Shown one piece after another: positions 43,672-51,015 of a stretch of 51,015 nucleotides of DNA. The stretch lies in the IMG/VR virus record IMGVR_UViG_3300025645_000111, positions 1-51,015 of that record; one strand, given 5' to 3'. The stretch's first letter is position 1. Every line of letters starts with the position of its first letter. Both the position numbers and the translations under genes were made by a program. Below the pieces are notes generated by a model. That model was given only the letters and a program-made list of their open reading frames with translations. It had not been told where the DNA came from and made no database searches. This DNA is from a virus (taxonomy: Duplodnaviria; Caudoviricetes).

Positions 43672-43865
43672 TCACCTCCTTCAGCTTCGATCATCTCATC
43701 ACAGAACCCCATGGCTTTCTCAAAGGCGTTTTGCGCCTCCTCATCTCTGCCGCACTGCATCATGAACGCCATGAATTGCAACTGAAACTTTATCTTGCTC
43801 GCAGCGCTCTGCTCTTCCTTGATCTCGTTACCGAACATGTCTATTGCTTGACCCATCTCACTCAC
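43668..43865 (-). CDS. Hypothetical early protein
   Basis: 65 aa, GAGGAG RBS, first gene after a boxed promoter. Confidence 0.7.
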   Translation of the reverse strand: MSEMGQAIDMFGNEIKEEQSAASKIKFQLQFMAFMMQCGRDEEAQNAFEKAMGFCDEMIEAEGGE

Positions 43866-43895
43866 TCCTCAATTGATTAATTACCCTACATACAT

Positions 43896-43925
43896 ATAGT
43901 CTCATATTATCGTGTCGTTGTATAC
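43896..43925 (-). promoter_or_regulatory. Promoter with spacer box (weaker hexamers)
   Basis: GTATAC-aacgacacgataatatga(18)-GACTAT. Confidence 0.6.
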
Positions 43926-44010
43926 ATCTTTACACATTATATATAGACCGTGTAGTTATAAGGGCTGCAGCTGATATGCACTTTTATTCTATATATATTT
44001 GTGCAAACAC

Positions 44011-44039
44011 TTGCACAACGACACGATATGTGTGATTAT
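44011..44039 (+). promoter_or_regulatory. Promoter with spacer box
   Basis: TTGCAC-aacgacacgatatgtgt(17)-GATTAT. Confidence 0.7.
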
Positions 44040-44077
44040 AGCTATGTGGTAATCAATTAGTAATTAAGGAGAACGAT

Positions 44078-44659
44078 ATGAGAGCACGAATGACTAGAGA
44101 GTTTTACATCCCAGCAGACTCTGTTGAGGTTAAGCCAGAAGGCATTGACGCCGTTGCCTACTACTACGACAGCGGTGCCAACAAGCCAGCTGCCATGATC
44201 TTCATCGGCAAGCAGCAGAAGCCAGCCAAGCACTACTGCTTCAAGAGCGTCGAGCGAAGAGATGAGTATGTCCAGGAGATCTTCGAGAACGTCAAGGCCA
44301 ACGCTGAGTACAAGAAGGAGCGAGCCGCCAAGGCCAAGGCTGCCAAGACTGAGGCTGCCAACACTATCAAGGTGGGTGACATCTTCGATACTAGCTGGGG
44401 CTATGACCAGACCAATGTTGAGTTCTTCAAGGTTGTCGCCAAGAAGGGCCAGATGATCGAGGTGGTTGAGATTGGCCAGGTAACTATGGAGAGCAACCAG
44501 AACATGGATTACGTTGCCCCCAATCCTGACCACATTATCGGCAAGATCATGACCAAGAGAATCAATCAGTACGGTGGATTCAAGGCTCACGACTGCGCCA
44601 ACGCCAGCCCTTACGGTGGTCAACCTCGATATCAAACTGCCTGGGGTTACGGGCACTAA
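44078..44659 (+). CDS. Hypothetical early protein in its own transcription unit
   Basis: 193 aa; KVGDIFDTSWGYDQTNVEFFKVV; TAAGGAG RBS; strong C/G-ending codon bias. Confidence 0.8.
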   Translation: MRARMTREFYIPADSVEVKPEGIDAVAYYYDSGANKPAAMIFIGKQQKPAKHYCFKSVERRDEYVQEIFENVKANAEYKKERAAKAKAAKTEAANTIKVGDIFDTSWGYDQTNVEFFKVVAKKGQMIEVVEIGQVTMESNQNMDYVAPNPDHIIGKIMTKRINQYGGFKAHDCANASPYGGQPRYQTAWGYGH

Positions 44660-44665
44660 TCAACC

Positions 44666-44681
44666 AGCCCCTTCGGGGGCT
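44666..44681. terminator. Hairpin between convergent genes
   Basis: AGCCCC-TTCG-GGGGCT (cUUCGg tetraloop); only a short U tail. Confidence 0.65.
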
Positions 44682-45417
44682 ATTCGATCTCTTCGTAAAT
44701 GTGTTTATTCCTAGACTTATTATGTAACCAGAATACCAGGAGGTATCTGTCGCCACTCTCCACTGCCAAGCCCCTGTGGAGATTGGTGAAGGATGGGAAT
44801 ATAAGGGCATGGCCAGAGGGCAAGGGCTTGAGCGTTCCATGATTATGGAATTCAGTACCGCCACCGACATACCCTCCAGTGTTCAGCGGAACAACCACCG
44901 AGATATCTGCAGACTCATCATGGTGCCAGGCACCTTTCTGCTTATCCTTGGGGTTGTAGTTTGCTATCTGCACCGAGGAGATATCAAAGCAATCTCTCTG
45001 ATACAGGCTTAGGAATATAGGGTTGAGGACAGTCTGCACCACGAACCACATACGGCTATACAGCTCAGGACAGTGGTCCCGCAGCACAATCTCTGGGATT
45101 TGCCTGAGCTCATCCTCATCCTCATTCGGTTTAAATGCAACGTGATCTTCCATGAGTTTGATCTCTTCGACCATCATCTTGCACCATTGCCGCCTAAACA
45201 AAGGCACGGTGTAAATGTCAGGAAAGACCCGCTTGCACATCTTATCTATGGGGGTTTTATGAAGATCCTCACGCCCCTCATTAGCTCTGTATTTGGCTAT
45301 GGCGGGGATAGATTCCTGGACGGCATCATACAGGGCATGATTGATAGGCCAGTTCGACTGCATTGAAAGAAGATAATTCTTTATTTGGTAAGTCATAGTT
45401 TGCATATTCTTACACAA
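44680..45417 (-). CDS. 2OG-Fe(II) oxygenase (lysyl-hydroxylase/OGFOD2-like)
   Basis: HHD iron motif, GGGTEF, GHALIFP, distal H in LHRG, RYLLVFW; start may be a downstream Met. Confidence 0.85.
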   Translation of the reverse strand: MCKNMQTMTYQIKNYLLSMQSNWPINHALYDAVQESIPAIAKYRANEGREDLHKTPIDKMCKRVFPDIYTVPLFRRQWCKMMVEEIKLMEDHVAFKPNEDEDELRQIPEIVLRDHCPELYSRMWFVVQTVLNPIFLSLYQRDCFDISSVQIANYNPKDKQKGAWHHDESADISVVVPLNTGGYVGGGTEFHNHGTLKPLPSGHALIFPSFTNLHRGLAVESGDRYLLVFWLHNKSRNKHIYEEIE

Positions 45418-45456
45418 AACTATAAACTGGTCCAGACAAATTTGATAGGACTAACA

Positions 45457-45642
45457 ATGACTAACGTAGAAGATAAACCACAACCAGATCGCCAGCGTAA
45501 AAGCCTGGCTGTTGACCAGCACACCTATGATTTGCTGCAGGAAATTTGCTTCGATCAGAGACGCTCAAAGATAGACCAGCTCAAGATTTTGATTGAGCAT
45601 GAGCATGACCGACTGTTCCTGGCTGCAGGGATCCAGGCGTGA
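45457..45642 (+). CDS. Small DNA-binding protein (ribbon-helix-helix-like)
   Basis: RKSLAVDQHTYDLLQEICFDQRRSKIDQLKILIE. Confidence 0.6.
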   Translation: MTNVEDKPQPDRQRKSLAVDQHTYDLLQEICFDQRRSKIDQLKILIEHEHDRLFLAAGIQA

Positions 45643-45887
45643 ATCTGTTCAATAAACCAGGGGCTTCTCGCTCAGTACCGCAAAGCTACAAGCCAGTGCT
45701 TGAGGCGTCAGAAGTTATCGACTTGTTTGCCAGGCTAACACTGCACCAGCAAGCAGCAATGATGCGACTGTTAAGCCGCAACATAGTGATCGACCTGGGA
45801 GACGACAATCGTTATATGGGATATGAGTTTGACTACAGCGTAGATGGCGCAGTGATTTCTGTTACGCCGTCTATTGATGAAGACTAA
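45639..45887 (+). CDS. Hypothetical protein
   Basis: 82 aa, GTGA overlap with the upstream gene. Confidence 0.65.
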   Translation: MNLFNKPGASRSVPQSYKPVLEASEVIDLFARLTLHQQAAMMRLLSRNIVIDLGDDNRYMGYEFDYSVDGAVISVTPSIDED

Positions 45888-48424
45888 ACCAGCCCTGCGA
45901 TACCCGATCTATTAGCTTGCATCCGCGAGGCTAATTCCCTGTCTGCGTCATTTGGTAGGATGGTTGGCGACATAGCTGACTGGAAAGAACTAGGTGCGCT
46001 AACTCCACCGGTAGAAGGCAGTGGCTCAAACATAGAACCATCTGTCGAACCGACCTGCGGAATACTCATACTGTTAAGGCTCGCCATGAGCTCTTCCCTA
46101 TTTGGCAGCAGCTTATCTGCCGTGCTCTTAGGAACAACCTGGCGGAATGCTGATTCATTGTTCTCTGGTATAGCTTTGGGACCCTGTTGAGACTCAGAGC
46201 TCTCCCAATCCATTGGCTCGATAGCATCCTGGCTCAAGCCCTGGATAACACCCTTAACCTCATCACGGATATCGGGATTAACTTCTGAGATCTGAACCAG
46301 GCGGCGGATATGCTGCCCAAAAGAGTTGGGCTTGTATGCCGCTATCTCTACACCTTTAGATAGCCACTTCACAAAGTCCTTGTTGGTCATCAACTTGGCG
46401 GAAGCATAGGGGGCAATCAACCCGCCTAACCCGTACTCAAATCCGTCACCACCCAGTAACTTTCCTGCCTCAGCAGCCAGGGGACCAAAGGTTCCCATTG
46501 CTCCTAACAGCCTGGCAGTGCCAGAGGGGTTAGCCATTTGAGCTGCAGTCTTACCTACACGGTCAATTGTAAACACCAGGTCATCAAGAGCTGGTGCCAG
46601 GTCGGCATATTCTGTTCCGCCAAACAAAGCCTCTTTCGCTTCTTTGGAAAGGTTGTTCCAGTTGGTAACAAATCTGTTTGGGGAGAAGCCGGCCTCAGCC
46701 ATCGCCTCGGCGCCAGACTTGGCGGCCTGCTCACCTAACTCAGAAGCACCCGCAGCTGATCCGGTAGGCATGCCCATTCTGCCCAGCATGTAGCCGGATA
46801 GAACATTAAACTCATCAGGCTCAAATTGACGACGAAGTTTTTCAAGACGCTCGGCGCCCTCTTTAGAACCGCTAAGCACATAGCGTAAAGCTCCCGTGGC
46901 CTCAGTCTCTCCTCGCTTGATAACATCATCAACAAAGGCAATGTCTCCGCCCTTACGCATATTCTGTTTAACAAACGCATTGGCGGCCTTATATTTATTT
47001 AAAATAGCGTTGGACGCACGCTTGCCAGCCTCACCATCAAACATGTCTATCTGAGCGTTCCCTGCGGACTTTACAAGGTTATCCAGGTCTGCGGTGACAT
47101 ATCCTATCAACTCTTTTACTTTGGCCTCAGAACGGCTTAGAGCGCCTTGTGACTCGGCCTTTCTAACCGTGCTCATCAGGCTGCTTCTAAATGCTTTCAG
47201 CTGGTTATAATCGAGCACACCATCAGCAGCATCCTGGAGCAATCGACCGGCCTGCTCTAATGCAGGATTCAAGTCGGGGGCACCAGTTGCAGTCTTAGAT
47301 TGTGCCAGGTACTTATCAACAAACTTCTTTGTGGCGCCAGCATCTGATCTAACGGTGTCGCCGATCAACTCGCCAACTTCGTCATACATTGCTTTTACTT
47401 GTTCATCGTAACGAGCCCTGGATGCCTGGGCTGCTCCCATTACTTGGTCGGCTGCTTCTGAGGTTGTTCTTACACCACCATACTTGCCAGCTAAACCGGC
47501 GGTGGCTTCATCGAGCTCTACCAGGGTTTTCTCCGCGTTCTCCTTCATGATACGAACAGACGGGGGAGCCGCTGCTAGATACTGCTCAAATAAATTAACC
47601 AGGGGATTACCGCTAACCTGGCCGGCAGTGGGGTTACTAACGCCGGCCTTAGACATTCTGTCAAGAGCTTCTTTTGCTGAGGTATCTAAGGCGTTTATTG
47701 AATACCTGATTGGGGCGCCAACCGCAAACTTAACGCCGTTATAAATCTTAGATACGATTGGACCAGCCGCAGCATTGACTGCCGCAGTGGTAGAGAAGTC
47801 ACCTAGCCTTTCCACGCCTGTCCTGTTGTCTTCGGTTTCCCCGAAGAAATCCAGAATACCAATATACGCTTCTCTTGCTGCAGCGCTGCCAAGTCCTTCC
47901 CCAGCTACAAAGCCAGCGGTTGCTGCAGGGATGGCTCCTATCACTGTGGGAGAGGCAAGAGTTCCAGCGGCTGCTGCACCACCAATACCACCACCAATAC
48001 CACCAATAGTCTCAGCTATCTCTGGACCTACATCAGCAAAGTCGCCCAGGGTAGGAATGGGCATCCCGAACAATCTGACATCCTCATCAAAAAGCGTGAG
48101 CGTCCCAGTCTCTGGATTAGTAAATACAAAGTTACCTCGGCCAAACCTGGAGGCGCCATTCTTTGGATCAAGGACCTCAACAGGCATAGCGTCAGGATAA
48201 AACTTTTTAATGGTAGCCAGCTTATCGTCAACTGATTGAGCTGCAGCCACCTGGGCTCTAATTCCGGCAGATGCGCCAGACTTGGTGTCTATTGAGTTTA
48301 AAATATCTGCCTGAGCCAGAGACATAAGTTGATCGTCAGAATAGCTTCCTAAGCTAGGAATCTCTGGAAAAACCATAGAGAGCAGTTGGTCGTCACTTAA
48401 AGTTTCTAATGCTTTTTCACTCAC
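45884..48424 (-). CDS. Large internal virion/ejection-type protein
   Basis: 846 aa Ala/Gly-rich helical protein with a hydrophobic Gly-rich stretch; last gene of the virion operon. Confidence 0.7.
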   Translation of the reverse strand: MSEKALETLSDDQLLSMVFPEIPSLGSYSDDQLMSLAQADILNSIDTKSGASAGIRAQVAAAQSVDDKLATIKKFYPDAMPVEVLDPKNGASRFGRGNFVFTNPETGTLTLFDEDVRLFGMPIPTLGDFADVGPEIAETIGGIGGGIGGAAAAGTLASPTVIGAIPAATAGFVAGEGLGSAAAREAYIGILDFFGETEDNRTGVERLGDFSTTAAVNAAAGPIVSKIYNGVKFAVGAPIRYSINALDTSAKEALDRMSKAGVSNPTAGQVSGNPLVNLFEQYLAAAPPSVRIMKENAEKTLVELDEATAGLAGKYGGVRTTSEAADQVMGAAQASRARYDEQVKAMYDEVGELIGDTVRSDAGATKKFVDKYLAQSKTATGAPDLNPALEQAGRLLQDAADGVLDYNQLKAFRSSLMSTVRKAESQGALSRSEAKVKELIGYVTADLDNLVKSAGNAQIDMFDGEAGKRASNAILNKYKAANAFVKQNMRKGGDIAFVDDVIKRGETEATGALRYVLSGSKEGAERLEKLRRQFEPDEFNVLSGYMLGRMGMPTGSAAGASELGEQAAKSGAEAMAEAGFSPNRFVTNWNNLSKEAKEALFGGTEYADLAPALDDLVFTIDRVGKTAAQMANPSGTARLLGAMGTFGPLAAEAGKLLGGDGFEYGLGGLIAPYASAKLMTNKDFVKWLSKGVEIAAYKPNSFGQHIRRLVQISEVNPDIRDEVKGVIQGLSQDAIEPMDWESSESQQGPKAIPENNESAFRQVVPKSTADKLLPNREELMASLNSMSIPQVGSTDGSMFEPLPSTGGVSAPSSFQSAMSPTILPNDADRELASRMQANRSGIAGLV

Positions 48425-49080
48425 TACAATATCCCTCGCGCTTTTAGTTTAGCCCGTAACTCGGGGTTTCTTTTTGCACGCTCCCTCAATACATCAAGCG
48501 CCTCTTCCTCAGTCAGGTCTGGTTGTGAACTATCCTTGACGCCTTTTTTAAGATCAGTAAAAGCCTTGTCTGCGTTGTTCTTCATTCCCCTAAGAGCATC
48601 TATACGCCGCTGCCTTTTACCCTCTAAAGTTTCCGGCTTGTCACCAAACTCAGGAATATACAATTGGTTGTTTAGCTCTACTTCAGCTTCGGTCAAAGCG
48701 GCACCTGACTCTTTCCTTAGTACAGCCATACTAAAGTCCTGAGACGCATTACGAAAAAGCTGATAATTAGAGGAGGTTAAAGCGTTCTCTAAAAAATCAG
48801 GAATAAATGGCGCTACAGGAAGCAAGTTGTCTTTGACTGCAGTAATGTTAAACATATCAACTGGGTTGTAACCAGAATCAACAAGGTCATCCATCACCGC
48901 CATGTTCTGCTCCATACGAAGAGCAAAACCAGCAGCGTCTTTCTGCTCTTTTGAAAATGGGGACTTCTTTTTCTCTGTTCCAGCAATAATCCCCGAAGCA
49001 GCAATAGGATCAGGAGACGCAGCTCTTTGTGGCATCTGAGTTGTAGATTGTTCAAATTCTTCTAATGTCAGTATCGGCAT
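48424..49080 (-). CDS. Putative internal virion protein
   Basis: 218 aa; AAGFALRM, VLRKESGAA. Confidence 0.65.
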   Translation of the reverse strand: MPILTLEEFEQSTTQMPQRAASPDPIAASGIIAGTEKKKSPFSKEQKDAAGFALRMEQNMAVMDDLVDSGYNPVDMFNITAVKDNLLPVAPFIPDFLENALTSSNYQLFRNASQDFSMAVLRKESGAALTEAEVELNNQLYIPEFGDKPETLEGKRQRRIDALRGMKNNADKAFTDLKKGVKDSSQPDLTEEEALDVLRERAKRNPELRAKLKARGIL

Positions 49081-49083
49081 AAG

Positions 49084-49836
49084 TTAGTCCTTGGTGAAGT
49101 ATATCATCTGACCATCTGCGCCAGGACGTTGAAATATTGGAGCACCTGAGCTGTGGTATCTCCCTGTAAATGTAGCATCTGGAAACTCTGCTGGAGCACT
49201 GGTGTCTTGCGGCTGAGTAAATATGTCTTCGACAGTAATCCCAGGAACCTGCACAACCCTGGCACCCTCTTCTGTTTGGACCGTCTGCATTCTAGGCTTC
49301 TGAACAAACTTGAGCGCGAGCTTATATTCTGGCGTGTTCTTCAACGATGGATTTTTTTCTGCTTCCAACAAAATGTTAAACATCTGAGCCTCTAGGCTCT
49401 TGCCAGCAAAGACGCCTCCCGTCTCTTTCAGTACCTGAAGATCATACTTAAACTTTGCGTCAAGCATTTTCTCCTGCATAGCTTTTGCATCTTGCCTTCT
49501 TTGCTCTACATCCTGATAAGCCATCTGCATGAGCTTGGACCGCATTTCGTCAGCTCTTTGCTGGCGCTTCTGGGCTGCCTCGCTGTAAAGATTAAATCCT
49601 GCTGCCAGGCCATAACCAATAGATGAGGGTCTACCACTTGCTGCTTGCTCAACCAAGCCTCGGCTAAGATCTGAAGCCATGCCATACAAGCCGCGCTTCC
49701 TGGTGGTAGGCATAAGAAAAGAAAGCTCCTGGGCTTTTTTATTTATTGCCTCTAGGTCGATTCCAGATTGCGGCTGATTCTGCATTGCCTGCAGCTGTTT
49801 GAAATATTCAAGGGTTGGATCCGTTGTCTCCGCCAT
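49084..49836 (-). CDS. Putative internal virion protein
   Basis: 250 aa helical, within the ejection-protein cluster. Confidence 0.65.
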   Translation of the reverse strand: MAETTDPTLEYFKQLQAMQNQPQSGIDLEAINKKAQELSFLMPTTRKRGLYGMASDLSRGLVEQAASGRPSSIGYGLAAGFNLYSEAAQKRQQRADEMRSKLMQMAYQDVEQRRQDAKAMQEKMLDAKFKYDLQVLKETGGVFAGKSLEAQMFNILLEAEKNPSLKNTPEYKLALKFVQKPRMQTVQTEEGARVVQVPGITVEDIFTQPQDTSAPAEFPDATFTGRYHSSGAPIFQRPGADGQMIYFTKD

Positions 49837-51015
49837 TATGCACCCCCTTGATTCATGTAGGTGCCGGCAGCACCTAACGCTCCTAGTCCAGTAGCAAGAC
49901 CAGCCTGCAACGCACTAGGCGGCGGAGTATAAGTTGTGCCAATAGTTGTTTGGCCGCCAGCCCCTACACCCATATTCACAAACGGCTGCAGAGCGTTGTA
50001 CTGATTAAGCGGAGCCATCTGAGCCTGCTGCATTGCTGCACGCTGGGCATCAAACATCTGCTGCTGATTACCCTGCTGCATTCCGCCGTACTGCATTAGA
50101 TTCTGCATCTGCTGCTGGCCTGCTGCCTGCTGTGCATTGCCAAGACCCTGGAGGAAACCACCATAGCCTTGCTGCGCTGCAAGTTGCTGCTGACCGATCT
50201 GCCCCTGAAGTCCGCCCATGGCGCCATAGCCCTGCGCGATAGTCGCTGCATTCTGCGCTGCATTGTTGCCCATCTGAGTCCTGGCATCCTGCATGCTTTG
50301 GCCTGCGCCCATCATTGTCTGACCAAGCTGAGTGCCGGCGCCATACATTTGATTAGCCACGTTACCCATAGTTTGACCATACTGCTGCTGAGCACCCATT
50401 CTTTGTTGAGCGCTTTGTCCCAGGCTAGAAGCCAGATTCTGCTGGTTACCCAACACCTGGCCGGCAGTGCCCTGGATAAGGTTGCCGTATCCTTGACCTG
50501 CACCCAATCTGCTTTGAGCTGCCTGGGCTTGTTGCTGTGATCTTTGCTGCTGCGAACCAAGTCTTTGTTGAGCACTTGATCCAAGCTGGGCACCATACTG
50601 TTGCTGAGCGCCTAGACGCTGTTGAGCCTGGCTACCCATTTGATTAGCCAGCTGCCCAGATACATCCATCTGCTGCTGACCGATTCTACCAATGCCTTCA
50701 CCTTCTGCCCTTTCCGCCGCAAGTCTTTGTTGCCCAGCAGATCCAAGGGTTGAGGCCAGGTTTTGCCTAGCGCCCAGGGTTGATTGAGCTGCGCCCATCT
50801 GCTGAGAGGTCAGTGCCTGGTTGGCACCAAATCGTGTTTGTGAGATATCTCCAGCTCGTCTAGCCAGGTCAGATTGTGCTGCAGCCTTTTGCGCTGCGGT
50901 CTGCCCCATTTGAGAAGCCAGTGTTTGATCTGCGCCAAACTGTGTTTGTGATACGTCACCAGTACGCCTAGCAATGTCTGCCTGAAATGCAGCACGTTGC
51001 GCGGCAGTATTTCCT
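49836..51015 (-). CDS. 3' part of the junction-spanning Gln/Gly/Ala-rich internal virion protein
   Basis: In frame with 1..2301 across the terminal overlap; ends PSALQAGLATGLGALGAAGTYMNQGGA. Confidence 0.85.
   Translation of the reverse strand, partial: GNTAAQRAAFQADIARRTGDVSQTQFGADQTLASQMGQTAAQKAAAQSDLARRAGDISQTRFGANQALTSQQMGAAQSTLGARQNLASTLGSAGQQRLAAERAEGEGIGRIGQQQMDVSGQLANQMGSQAQQRLGAQQQYGAQLGSSAQQRLGSQQQRSQQQAQAAQSRLGAGQGYGNLIQGTAGQVLGNQQNLASSLGQSAQQRMGAQQQYGQTMGNVANQMYGAGTQLGQTMMGAGQSMQDARTQMGNNAAQNAATIAQGYGAMGGLQGQIGQQQLAAQQGYGGFLQGLGNAQQAAGQQQMQNLMQYGGMQQGNQQQMFDAQRAAMQQAQMAPLNQYNALQPFVNMGVGAGGQTTIGTTYTPPPSALQAGLATGLGALGAAGTYMNQGGA
50871..51015. repeat. Terminal direct repeat, right copy
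   Basis: Matches 1-145 with one synonymous mismatch. Confidence 0.9.

Noticed and set aside
44057-44656. 199-aa minus-strand ORF
   Set aside because: Antisense to 44078..44659, which has the promoter, RBS and terminator; the open frame follows from codon bias

Overview
The window looks like an essentially complete, circularly assembled ~50.87 kb dsDNA tailed-phage genome: positions 1-145 repeat at 50871-51015 with one synonymous mismatch. Gene content suggests a short-tailed (podovirus-like) phage resembling abundant uncultured marine phages; the host cannot be determined from the sequence. Most virion, packaging and lysis genes are on the minus strand: terS, a repeat-built tail fibre with a C-terminal S74 chaperone, holin, endolysin, terL, portal, GroES, scaffold, major capsid, adaptor/nozzle and large ejection-type proteins, one of which spans the assembly junction. 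Replication genes are a Toprim-VapE primase-helicase, an SSB-like protein and a PD-(D/E)XK exonuclease; no DNA or RNA polymerase was recognised. Five putative early promoters share a 12-bp spacer box (AACGACACGATA). The four most notable items are: (1) a divergent RelA/SpoT-type synthetase (candidate toxin) converging on and overlapping an early-promoter operon that encodes a SpoT/Mesh1-like HD hydrolase and a small candidate immunity protein; (2) a tail fibre divided into in-frame modules by six direct repeats conserved at synonymous positions, 1.2 kb from a serine recombinase; (3) a [MFY]xxGGx[VA] motif shared by virion-module proteins and the synthetase; (4) strong CCWGG enrichment that vanishes over the modular fibre region. 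All calls are by-eye motif recognition; no database searches were run.
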